Shown: positions 1 to 12,400 of the stretch, one piece after another
Layout of the letters: the number at the start of each line of letters is the position of its first letter
How positions within the stretch are numbered: the first letter of the stretch is position 1
From: a virus
Taxonomy: Duplodnaviria; Caudoviricetes
IMG/VR virus record: IMGVR_UViG_3300020431_000023
Location: 1-29,963 of that record
Direction: 5' to 3' (one strand)
DNA length: 29,963 bases
Notes under the pieces: generated by a model
Databases searched by the model: none
What the model saw: the letters and a program-made list of their open reading frames with translations, nothing else
What the model was told of the DNA's origin: nothing
Position numbers and translations under genes: made by a program

Positions 1-259
1 TGTATAGAGCCGCGTTTTGCCCTGTAGTGTTAGGTGGTAGATATGTAATGACTCCTGTCTCATCGACAGAGGCTCCACCATTACCGAATGCCATTTGATA
101 TATCTCTCCGTATCCTCTACTAGAAAGAGTATCAGCAATTGCTTCTGACATGTTTTCGTAATTGATTGCGTTCTTTGCTTCTTGTAAAACTTCGCCGGTG
201 TTATAGTCTCTGATTGTCAGAAATCCTTCCATCTTCAGAATTTGTTGATCGCCAGACAT
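1..259 (-). CDS. Probable phage structural protein, 3' end truncated by the window (MSGDQQILKMEGFLTIRDYNTGEVLQEAKNAINYENMSEAIADTLSSRGYGEIYQMAFGNGGASVDETGVITYLPPNTTGQNAALY...)
   Basis: Not in the ORF track; translated by hand. ATG at 259-257, open for 86 codons to the window edge, GAGGAG Shine-Dalgarno 7 nt upstream, start overlaps the upstream stop (TAATG). The 'EG.L.I.D..TGEVL...KNAI' and 'MAFGNGG' pattern recalls baseplate/tail-fibre-attachment proteins of large phages (from memory, not searched). Confidence 0.8.
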   Translation of the reverse strand, partial: MSGDQQILKMEGFLTIRDYNTGEVLQEAKNAINYENMSEAIADTLSSRGYGEIYQMAFGNGGASVDETGVITYLPPNTTGQNAALY

Positions 260-399
260 TAACTATCTCCTCGCATCTGCACTAACACTTCGTCAGTGTC
301 AGGATCAGTGATTTTCAGACTAGATGAGAAGTAAATTCCACTGTCTTCATTGGGTTTTACTTCTTTAGGTTCTGAGTTCTCTGATTTATTATTGTTCAT
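259..399 (-). CDS. Small 46-aa hypothetical protein (MNNNKSENSEPKEVKPNEDSGIYFSSSLKITDPDTDEVLVQMRGDS)
   Basis: Not in the ORF track. ATG at 399-397, TAA at 261-259; fills the gap between neighbouring genes, has a GATAAATA box upstream, and its stop overlaps the next start (TAATG). Confidence 0.75.
   Translation of the reverse strand: MNNNKSENSEPKEVKPNEDSGIYFSSSLKITDPDTDEVLVQMRGDS
267..272 (-). promoter_or_regulatory. Shine-Dalgarno sequence (GAGGAG) for the gene starting at 259
   Basis: Minus strand reads GAGGAG-ATAGTTA-ATG, a 7-nt spacing, inside the 3' end of the upstream small ORF. Confidence 0.75.
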
Positions 400-404
400 C
401 TCTT

Positions 405-412
405 TATTTATC
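405..412 (-). promoter_or_regulatory. T4-late-promoter-like box GATAAATA
   Basis: Minus strand TAA-AT-GATAAATA-AAGAG-ATG in a 15-nt intergenic gap; 7/8 match to the T4 late consensus TATAAATA. Confidence 0.6.
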
Positions 413-414
413 AT

Positions 415-3400
415 TTACGTTATATCCGTTTGTAGAAACTGTGCTGGGGTTGTGGTAGATATCTGTAATGGATCTCCTTCAGTAGTATTAAATGTGTAAG
501 AGTTCCAACTTTGATCAATATATAAGTCAGGTAAGCGGTTATTGCTCAAAAGACTGAACACTTCGGTGTACTTAGCAATGTATTCTTGTACTCCTGTACC
601 ATTTGCTCCACGTTGTAATCCACTTACTGAGTTATTATCAAAATTAATTGTTGTAAATTTGATTTGCTCTCCATTAATATATAACACATTACCTTCTAAT
701 GATGTAATCTTTAATGAATCTCCTGCTGATATGTAAGAACCATCTGTGATTTTTAATATCGGCGATAGATTTTCAACAACAACTTCATAAGTATCAGTAT
801 CTAATGTATTTCCAGTAGTATTATTTAGAACAGTTACGCCACTTAAAATGTTTTTATCTGCGGTCAAGCCGATTGAGTAAAGATTATTAACTGGACTTGG
901 TGCAATAACATTCTGTATAACGTTATCTGTAACTCTTGTAACATCTCCTACATAAATTACTTGTGATAGAGGGAAGATAGGCTGTGACAACCATGTTCTT
1001 GCTTGTACATTTGCTCTGTAAATTGATTGCTCTCCTGTTGTGTTAACTGCATTCAAGTAAATTTCTTCATCTGGTGTTGCATTAGGAATCATATTAGTCA
1101 TAATTACAACGTCACCAGGTGATATCTCTGTTAAAATACTAACTTCATTATCTGCGCCAACTCTGAGTTTACTAGATGGTAAACGATAACCGTTTACTGT
1201 CACCCACAATCTTTGAACATCATGTTGTTCCCATTGTGTTACATTCATAATACCTGTATCATCAGTTAAAGTTACTGCTGTACCTGCATTTCTTGTTAAC
1301 CCAATTGTAAACTGAGTACTACTTAAAATTTGTTTAATATAGTATGTTGTGCCTTGTGTTAAACCACCTAATACTGCGGCTCCTGCAACTTGTCCTTGTT
1401 GTGTAAAGATAACTTTATTATTTACAACAAGATCAGCAGTAGAATTACATGTAATTCTGCTATTAGATGCTGTAGTTACAGTTGCTTGAGTAGTAACTAA
1501 GAAGAATGTTCCTTGTCTCCAAACATAACCACCTGAGATGTATGTTGAAATATTAGTTACTGGATAATTAACTGCATCTAATGCTGGATTATAAACTTGT
1601 GTATAGATTTCAAATCTGTATTGATCAAATACTCTTACATAGTATGAGTTACCATTCAATTCAACAGATCCGTATATACCATCTAAGACAACTAATTGAT
1701 CAGTTGCTAATGAGTGAGGAATACCTGTTGTAATTCTTGTAGTTGGATTGCCACCGCATGTTGTAACCATTAATCCTGTTGCTGTTGACAATGTTACTGT
1801 TGCGCCTGTTTGATCTTTAATTGTTGCTGTTGTAGAATCGACAATACTTGCAACAAAGTAAACTGCACCTTGTACTAGTCCACCAAAGTTAGTTCCTTGG
1901 AAGTAAATTTGTTGATCGATTACAAATCCTGCTGTAGTATCAAATGTAATTTGATTTGATGTAGCCGCTGTTGCAGTTGCTTGAGTAACACGCAATGGAT
2001 CTTCTTGTCCAGTTTCTATATTTGTAATGTTTGCAACTGTAATCGCATTTGACGTACCTATCATTGACCCTGAATCTGTTGTGACTGTGACAGGAGCACC
2101 GCCTATTTCAAGTGAGATAGTAAATGTAGTAGAATCAATAATCTGTAAGATATAATATGTGACACCTGCTGTGATTCCACCTATAGTTGGGTTAGAGAAT
2201 ACTATTGGTTCATCTACTGTTAAGATTGATGTATCAGCACAAGTTAATGTGTCTAATAATTCATCATACATAACGATAGTTGGTGTGTCCTGATCGTATG
2301 TTTCAGTGTCAGGAGTATCTTCATCGAAAGTACCTTCAGTATGAGTAGTTGCTGTAACTGTGACAGTTGTAATCGAACTACCTGAAGTACCTGCAATACC
2401 ATATTGTGTTGTTAAGTATTGTCTTTCAGTATTATTATAAGTTAAAACAGAAATCTTTGCACCAATAGCCGGTGGAGCAAAGAATAACACAGTGTTTGCG
2501 CCGTTGTCTACTTCGTATTGAGTATTTGTTAATCTTAGTCCGTCAACTTCAACGATTGCGTTTAGAGGATTATCTCCCCCATTGTAATTACTCATAGCAA
2601 ATGATGCTGTTGATCCGTCTCCGATAAATTCTTGTATCTCTGGAACAGAATATCCATACTGAGAAGGATCACCTGAGTCACCAAAGATTGAATAAACAAG
2701 ATAGTCTGTACCGTTTACATAATTTGTTGGGTTTGCTAATACAAGTTTTGCTTGTATACCATTTGGTTGTTTATCTATTGCATAATCATTTGTTACGTAT
2801 GATGATATGCCTGCTTGATCTGTTAAAGTAACAACAGTACCACCGTTAGTTTCTGAAATTGTAAATTCATTATTGTCTACGATTGTTTTAATATAGTAAA
2901 CTTGATTTGGTGTAATGTCTGATCCAAACATATCTGCCGCAAATTGAATTCTGTTACCAACAGATAATCCTACAGTTGTTCCTGTTGTAATTGCGTTGTT
3001 TGATGCTTTAGTTCTGCTAATTGAGTTAGTCTTACCTAATACTAATCTGCTACCATTGTGATATACTAGTGGGTCAGTCCATACAGTACCTGTTCCAGTC
3101 TGTATGTTAACAATCATTGATCCAGTTGCATCAGTTAAAGATTTAATTGGGCCTGCAAGTCCTGTGCTAGAGTCGTAACTCTCTGATATAGTGATAGAAT
3201 TTGTTGCTGTAGAAATAGATTTAACATAATAAGTAATGTCTTCTGCTATTCCACCGAATACAACTCCTTGAAATGATATTGGATCGTTTGCTGTAAAGTC
3301 TTTTATGTTTACACAAACAATCGTGTCACCATTAGCAATAGTTTCAGTTGCTTCTACTTCAATAGAATGTGATCCAGTTCTGATTACTCCAGAGCCTTGG

Positions 3401-6400
3401 AAGAATGTTGCACTATAATTACAGTTCAAGTATATGTCATCAAAGCCTGTTTGTGCAATCTGTCTAATAGGATCAGTGTCTGTGCAACCTTTAACTAATT
3501 GATTGCCGTTACCTACTTCATATACATCGATACGTAATGATTGTTTCGGTGCAAATGTAAGTGGTGTATTTAATGTAATAACTTTTGTGATCCAGTTAAC
3601 AGAATAAGCACTTGTTTCTAATCCAGTACCTAATCCAGTTGTTGCATCGATAATTTGTACAGTCAAGTCTAATGGGTATTGAACGAACTGATCAAAACTA
3701 TAGTCAACTTGGAATTCAGTTGTTGGTGCAACTACTCTGGATACTACATTAAATCCTGTATGAGAATATAAAGTTGCGTCCCAAACTGTTCCAGGACGTG
3801 AAACAACTGTCATGTTTAAGTTGTCTTTAACTAAGCCAGGAACTAATTCTTCTGGCCCGTAGCCATCAGTAAAGTCTGATCCTTTAACATCATAGACTGG
3901 CTTCTCTACTGTGAATACTCCTGATAATGTCCATGTAACACCTGAATCTGTTGATTCTAAAATAACATTGTTATCTCCGACAACTTTAAATGTGTCTGTT
4001 TCAGGAGCATATGTTACACCATTTAAATTTTGTGTTGTACCTGATGTTCTTGTTGTCCAACGTAAGCCGTTAGATGATGTTTGTATTCTACCATTGTCAC
4101 CTACTGTCATCCAAATGCTATCAGCATAGATAACATCATGTAAGGTTTGAGAGTCAGCATCATATAAGAACAATCTACAATCTAATGGTATGACTGCATC
4201 TACTAATGTTACTTGTGATGTTAGTCCTGCATCTGTAAATATTTCTACTTGAGTAGAGCCCACAACATCTACGTAGTAAGTTGTGCCTGCTGTCAGTCCA
4301 CCAAATGAGTCAGTGACTCTAACTGGGTCTGCATCTAAGAAACCTGCTGTACTTGTAACGTTTAATTGATTTGATGGTTCATTAATAGAAACAACTGAGA
4401 CTTCATTAATACCAGTCCAGTCACCGCCGTTATCTGTTTGATACTTGACATCGTTTTCACCAACTGCAACTGCAATTGTGCCGTTACTTGTTACACCATA
4501 CAAGCCGTTTGGAGTAAGAGATGGTCCGTCTTGCCAAAACTCTCCAGTTGGTTCGTATGAGTATGCAATGATGTTAGTGTCGATTAATTCTGTTACGCCG
4601 GTTGAGTAATCAAACTTCTTACCTTTACCAACTGCTATAAATCCACCAAAGCCTGTTGTGTCAATTGAACTGACGCCATATAAAGTTACTGCAAATTGTG
4701 TATCGTATGTTTTTCTTTCAGTCCATACGTATGTGTCAGGACTATTAACGATGTCATCTCCAACACTTACATAATAGTTGTTTCTATATGCAGTACTTTG
4801 TAATGCCATTGCCGCAATTGACAATGATGTTGATGAATAAGGATTTGAATCGTATGGTAAAGCGCCGTATGGTGTAAACCATCCGTTTGTTGTCCATGTA
4901 ACACCGTCGTTTGATCTATAGATTGGTGTTGCAGTATTAGTAGTTGTCATTACATATAGACCATTACCATATACTATATCAGTAGCGCCAACTACTTGAT
5001 TTGAAATTTGTTTTGTTGACCAACTTTGTCCTTCGATAGATGCGATAACACCAGTGTACTTGTCAAAGTTAGCAGATGCTAAGTAACTTGTGCCATTCCA
5101 TAATACAGATGTAATTGATACTCCTGTTGGGTAGAACGGCTCATCTTTTAATATTGTATCAACTGTGAATTGATCTTCAGGGGCAAATGCATTACCTAAG
5201 TAAACTGCATTTGGATATGACGTACCAGTAAACAATTGATCTAAGTCTACACCCGGCATGTTAATGCTCGGCTGATAATATCCTTCTACTCTATCAAGTG
5301 CATTTAATATTCTGTTGTCTGATCTTAACTCTTCCCACTTACCAATAATAAAGTCTGGGTCATTATTAGAAATAACACAACGATAAACTCTGTCTAAGTA
5401 TTTTATAATAGACTGATTAAAATAGAATGGTTCAGGTAAGAATGCATAACTACCTGCTTTAGATAAAGTTAGTCCCGAGAGTGAAACAGTAGTAATAACG
5501 TTTACAACACTACCGCCTGGGTTAGTTGAAATCGTAACTTCGTTTGTTCCTGTGTCAATTGATTTAATATAGTAAGATGTTGAAGTTATAGCATCAATTG
5601 TATTATTAGGTACTGTTCCTTCAAATATTACTTCATCATTTAATGAGAAGCCTGCTACACTTGTCAATGTGATTGAATCTGTTCCTGATGTACAACCTGT
5701 TACGTTAGTTGTTGTAAATCCACCAAACTCAAAACCTATACCACTAACTGGTACAGTCATTCTTGCATCTGAATATACTTTTAATGTATGCTGTCCTGTT
5801 ACTTTTAAGTAGTAGTTAGTTGTAAGATCATTAGGCTCACCTGAAACAATTAAACTTGTAATTACGCCGTTTGCATCTACTTCATCTACTTCTAATGTTA
5901 CGTCATTAGTAGGAGATGTTCCCCCTACTTCATTACCTGATATAGTAATCTTGTTTGTGATTGCATATCCTACGCCTGCATTTGATAAGATTGCTCTATA
6001 CCCGCCCAACTTATATCCTATATCAAAAATAGCATCAGTAGTTGGTGATTGTGTTAAACTAAATGCAGTGTTTGTATCTGCTGTAATTGTAACATCTTGT
6101 GTGGCTCCACCTTGAGTTGTTTTTAATCTAATCCAAGGATTACCAGTACCTACCATCGGTCCGTTATCATTTGCTAATGTGAATACTGTGCCTCCCGCAA
6201 TCTCTGAAATTGTAAAATGTGTAGCATCAACAATTGCTTTAACATAATATTCTGTTCCGACTACAATGTTACCTAATCCTACTCCAGTAAATGTAATTGG
6301 CATGTTTAGCCAAAGTGATGAAGTATCTGCACAAGTGATTTGATTACCTGTAGATGATGTTGATGTGCAATCTACTTTAATATAAGTGTCTTTGTCTCCG

Positions 6401-9400
6401 TCAGTTGAAAAATCATATAAGAAATATGTTACACCAGTAGAAATGCCTGCTCCACCTGGAACAGAGTTAAACTGTATTGGCATACCTACATAAAAATTAA
6501 ATGTTCCTTTATCTTGGTCACTTAATGCAATTCTGTTTTCTGTACCTTCTCCAGCATCACCTATAATAGTTGCATAACATGCTCTGTCAAGTGTATTTGT
6601 CAACACCCCTGTATTAATATCTGTGTAGTAAGAAGATGTATTATACATCGTAAACTTCTGTCCGTCAACCTGACCAGGAGAGACAGGTAATGAAACATTC
6701 ATCAACATTGATCCAGTTGCTGTAGTTAAATCTACAGTATCTTTCTGGTTTGTTAATAATGCAGAACCAGTTGTTACTGTTGTCAATGCTAATGGAGTAA
6801 CGTTTACATTTACTGCAATTTTTAATTCAGTTAATGATACGATTTCATTTACATAATAAACTGTACCTGAAGCAATGCCGCCGTATGATGTAAGTTTATT
6901 ACCACTTGCATCAACCATAGTGTTGAATATAATTGGATCATTGACTGAGATTCCTGTAGTGTCTGCAACAGTTATAATATTTGTACTAGTCGTTGTAGCA
7001 CTCACTGTGGTCGTCAGAGGCGTTGCTAGACTGCTGATAGTGATAGTTTCATCGTCTACGACAGTTGTTACATAGTAAACATCATTTTCTTCTATTCCAC
7101 CAATCATTGTGCCTGTGAAGAATAATGGGACACCAATGTAGAATCCGTCTGTTCCACCTGTGCCTATAACACTTTGTGGAATTGTAATTTTGTTTGTAAC
7201 TGCTTCAGTTGCAGTTGCTGTAAGTAAGCCAGGATAGTTAAGTGTCAGTACTGCTGTATCCGTTACTTCACCTGCAAATGCAGACATACCTGCACTTGAT
7301 GCAGTTGCAGTTGTTAATGATTTAACTGCTCCGCCGGATGTTTCACTAATTGTAAAATCAGTTATGTTAAGGACAGAGTTTACATAATAAACTGTATTGT
7401 CTACAATGCCACCAATAGTTGCTCCAGCAAATTTAATTGGCATACCTACATAGAAACCAATAGTTGAACCTGATGAATTTAATTCACCATTTGATTCATC
7501 ATATGGATTTAATCTAACTTTGTTTCCAGTTGAGACAGTGTTTGTAACTCTACGAGCAAATGTAGTATACAACACTTCGTTGTCATTTGCAACACTTACT
7601 ACTTCAAACACTGCGCCTTGTGCTGATGCTGAAATATCTGCTATTGGTGGTTGCGTTGCTTGTAATGAAATAGCAGAACTTGCAACGTTCTCACTATTAA
7701 AATAACTTCCTGCAAAGAATGAACCATAGAATACATTTGCTTCCCAATCTAGTATTTGACTAGTGTATGAAGTTCTGTCAAAACGCATTGCAGAATTGAT
7801 TTCTCTTGTAGGACTTGAACTTGTAACAGCAGATGCTTTAGCACCTACGTTAAGAGCAAAGTCACCGTCAGTTGTTCCTGCACTTAATTCTACTCTATTT
7901 GTTTCGTTTACTGCATCATTAAAACTAGTATACAATGCGACAACAGTTGTCGGTACAGTTTCTAATACATTGATATAGTACCACTGACCATCAACTAATC
8001 TAGTTACAGTTGCTCCAGATGTACTATCATCTTTATATTGTATTAAATTACCAGTTTGTAAACTTGGTGCAAACAATTTAATTGTGTGTAATGTAGAGTT
8101 AATATCTGCATTAGTAAAGAACAATTGTTCTGCTGGTGCAATTCTAATTTCTGGTAACACAGCATACCCTTCTCCGGGATTTATTACGTTCACACTGATT
8201 ACACTGTCAACACTCATCACTGCTTCAAGTTGTGCTTCAACTCTTGGCGCTGGGTATTTTACTAAATCAATGTATGCTGTTATCTTGGGAGGCTCAATAT
8301 AATTTTTACCACCATCAAGTATTACCACTGCCGGTAAATCAGTGATGATTTTTGCACCCGGTAGATGTGTTGTTGGTTCTGTTCCGTTTAATCCTCTTTG
8401 TAGTCCACCTAGAATGTTTAATGCACGATCTACAAATGAGTAACTAATAATTTCTTTATCAATTTGTATTGTGCCGTTAATTGGGAAGCCTGATGCATTA
8501 TCTACCATTGCAACGACTGATCCGATTGTCATATAATCATTTAATTCTGTAATTTGATAATCAGTCTGTCCAACTAATGACAATCCATAATTATTGTACC
8601 AGTTAGAGTATGCAGGTGTCTGCCATATAAAGAATGGTAAGAATTCTGAAGGTGAGTCTACGTTATCATATACTAACTGAGGCGAGATATAAGATTGTTC
8701 TGCTTCGTTCCATTCAGCAGGCAAATCAAAGTCTGTTATGTTGCCTTGGAATGTATCTATACCTGTATACTTAAACAAGAAGTCTTTAATGACTACGTGA
8801 TAAGGTTTTGCTTCATTAATATATCCAGACAAGAACTCTTGGTTGTCTTGTTGATAATTCTGAATTGGTTTTAATTCTCTAATAACATGAGAGACATCTA
8901 CTAATGATGTCTTGTTTAACCAAGGTAAATAGTTTTGTGATTCATCTGTTTCACTTTGAATGTATTCAAACAAAATGATTAGAGATTTGTTTCTAAATGC
9001 TACTAATTCATCAATGTAAATTTGTTCGTTCAATGCACGAATAATAAATCGTGTTTCTTCACTTGGATACTCATCGAATGAATCAGTGTCAAAGAAGTTA
9101 TCACCGAAGCCTGTTTTGCCTAATGCATAGTTCCAAAGATATATGTTAAATTCAATTGTACCGTTTTCTAAACCAATACGTGTCCATACTTCATTGCCAT
9201 CATAACGATACATTTCCCATTTGCCGTCGCCGTTTGCTTCTACTGTAGCAATTGTGTTTACATCGACTGTAAGTTTTGCTAAGTCTGCATAAATTGCAAC
9301 TGAAACTGTTGATTTAGTATTGTTGTTATATTGTCCAACAGGGTTAGTTGTTGGCAACCACCAGTTAATGTATGACCAGTAGTCTGCTGTATTGTAGTAT

Positions 9401-12400
9401 GTACCACTTGCAAATAAGTATGTTGCATCTTGTCTTGTTTCTGCTATTGGATATTCAGCAAGAACTTTGTTTGCATATTCTAAATAATTTTCTAGTCCTA
9501 AGAATCTACTAAAGAAGAAACTTTGTCTTGGTCTGGCTAACACGCCTGACTGTACTGCTTTTGGCAAGTACGGATTAGGTACAACTTCTCCTACTTCGTC
9601 TACGCCTGATAATGAATCTAGTAAACGATCATATAAACCTTCTGGTCTATTCGTTGAAGTTTGTGGACCCAACTTAGGTAGACCCGGTAAGAAGTCATCT
9701 GGTTCACCGTCTTTAATTAAATTAAATTCTTGGTGAGATGGATCATCATTAGTACCTGTTGCATAACCTATATGAAATACACTATCAGTCGTATTGATAT
9801 AAGATTGACTGTTATATAAAGCAAATGTATTTTGTAGTAATGGTGCAAAGTATGCAACACCTGATCTACTTGGATTGCTAATATATTGTTGTAATGTTCT
9901 ATCACTTAATGTTTTGTTTACTTCAGTATTAACTATATCTGTATTACGTACCCAATAATAATAACAAGGGGTAACTGTATTAGATGCATCTAACTCTGCT
10001 TCAACACTATATTGTGTACCTGTTTTTACTGTGCCGGGGCCTGTATATCCAGCTGGTGCAAGTATTGACTTGACCCATGTATAACATGCTACATCTGATC
10101 CAGGGAAAACTTGTCCCCAAAATCTTCCATTATATGTGACATCGTTTTGATGATAATTTATCCATCTAGTCTTTGAAGTATCAAACCAAATATGTCCAAC
10201 TTGATCTGCACCCCATGTTAAGCCTGCATTCACACCACCTATTTCACTATTATATGTTGCTGGATCTACACTATTAACATAGTCAATATTTTCTCTGACT
10301 ACTCCTAATAGTTTTTCTTGCATTGGATCCATATAATCTAAATTAATTAATGTATCATTTGTTTCTGCACTATAGATTTGTGAATTTTGTATTCTATTGA
10401 TATCTACGATCGGTGCTGACTGTCTATAAAGTATCCAGTCTTTTGCAGTACCTGAGTTTTGGAATAATGTAACTTGACCTTCTAAGTTACCGAAACTTAA
10501 GTTCGGTGTACCAATAACAACTTGATTATTAGTAAAGTCTAATGCTGTGCCGTACTGTGGTTCAAAGCCATAGTTTTGATCTTGGCTGTTTAAGTTCTGT
10601 GCATACACAAACGCACCTGGATCAGCAATTGATCCGTTATAGTTTGCAAGATAATCATACATGTACACTGCACCTGCATTATCCCATGTATCAACAAAAC
10701 GTGTTGCGTTGTTATCAAAAATTGTATCGTTGTCTAAGTTCTCATCATCTATAAAGTCAAACGTTGTGCCTAAGAATCTTGTTGAGACTGGTGCAGAAAT
10801 TACGACTGAATCACTCTCATCAAATTTAATTGTATTACCAAACAATGTTCTACTTACATTATGTGGCGCATTGATAACTTGTGTTTTAGTATAAATGTTA
10901 AAGCCAAGTTCAGTAAATGTATCAGTGTTTGGTGCTTGTAATTTTAATTTTTCATTAACTAATGCTAGACTTGAACTTATAATTGAAATAATAAGTTTGC
11001 CTTCAGATGCACTTGCGGTTACATTTGTAATACCATACTGATTGATAAGACTTGCACACTGAGTTGCATTAAAGCCACTTGATAGTTCAACTAAGAAACC
11101 ATTGATTAATAATTTTCTATCAGTAGTTAGAGCAGTATCTGTTGTACCAATTACACTACCGTATTTGCCTCCACCGTTAGTGTATCTGTACACTGAACCG
11201 TCTGTTTGTTTTGCTCCATCGATTCTGATCTCTCCGGGTGCACCCATCAACACTTCACTACCGTATGAAGTCATGTCAGTTGCGTAACCTAATTGTACAC
11301 CTACTCTGTCATCAGCATCTGGTACCATTGTTTGTACCCATTGAATATTACGAGAACTAATTGTAATAATGTCCCCTGCTCTGATATCTCCAAAGTATCT
11401 AAGACCACTAGTTATTTGACCTCCACCAACTCCATAGTTATTATCATCAACGATTGATCCGTTGACAGAAACAAGTAATGGTTCAGTCTGTACTAAGACT
11501 GTAAATGAAACAGTGTCATCAATAAAAGTTAATGTTGTAGCACTTGATCTGCTTTCTTTTAATTTAAATGTGCTACCTGCAATATCAGACAAGTAATAAA
11601 CTTGATTAGGTGTAATGCCTGTAGTACCATAGTTGCCACCTTCATTAAAGACTACTGGATCTCCGTTACTATAACCAGTCATTGATGCGTTTGCTGTAAT
11701 CACACTTGATGTTACATCACTCGCAGTTCTACTTAAGAACAATGTGCTCCATGCTAGTGGATACTGTTGTGGCTGATTAGGTAGTGCATTGTATTGTGAT
11801 TCTATGCTTTGTACTAAACGTGAGTACACATAGTTTGTTCCCCATTTTTCTTTGTTAGTTGGGGATTTTGTATCAGGCGCGCCAATCGATATACAGTCTG
11901 CTGAGTTGTCAACACTTATGGAGAAACCAAACTTGTCTCCTGCTTGAGCATTGACTGGTGCGGCAGTGCCATCGATTTGCCCTATCGCCTCATATGAAAT
12001 TTGATTTACTGTTCCAGTACCTACTTCAGGGTCGCCGTTATAAACAAAGACTATTCCTACTTTGCTTTCTATTGCACCTATAGTAGTAAAGTCTGTTGTT
12101 CCTACTGATGTAATTATATATGTTTGTCCAGTAACCATGATGTTTGCACCAACATTCATTGGTATGCGTTGTCTATTATAAACATCAACGTTATTATCAA
12201 GAGGATTACCAGCAAAGATATAATTTTGATCTTCACTAATTGCAAGACTTGTTCCTGAACCGTTTGCAGAAGTAAATGTCTGTAATAATGTAATATCATC
12301 TGAAAGCACAGAGTCATTTAATGTATAAATTCTAAGTGTTGATGTTCCAAGAGGGTCAGCAGTTGTTTCTGGTTCACTGATTACAAATAGATTCTTAGAG

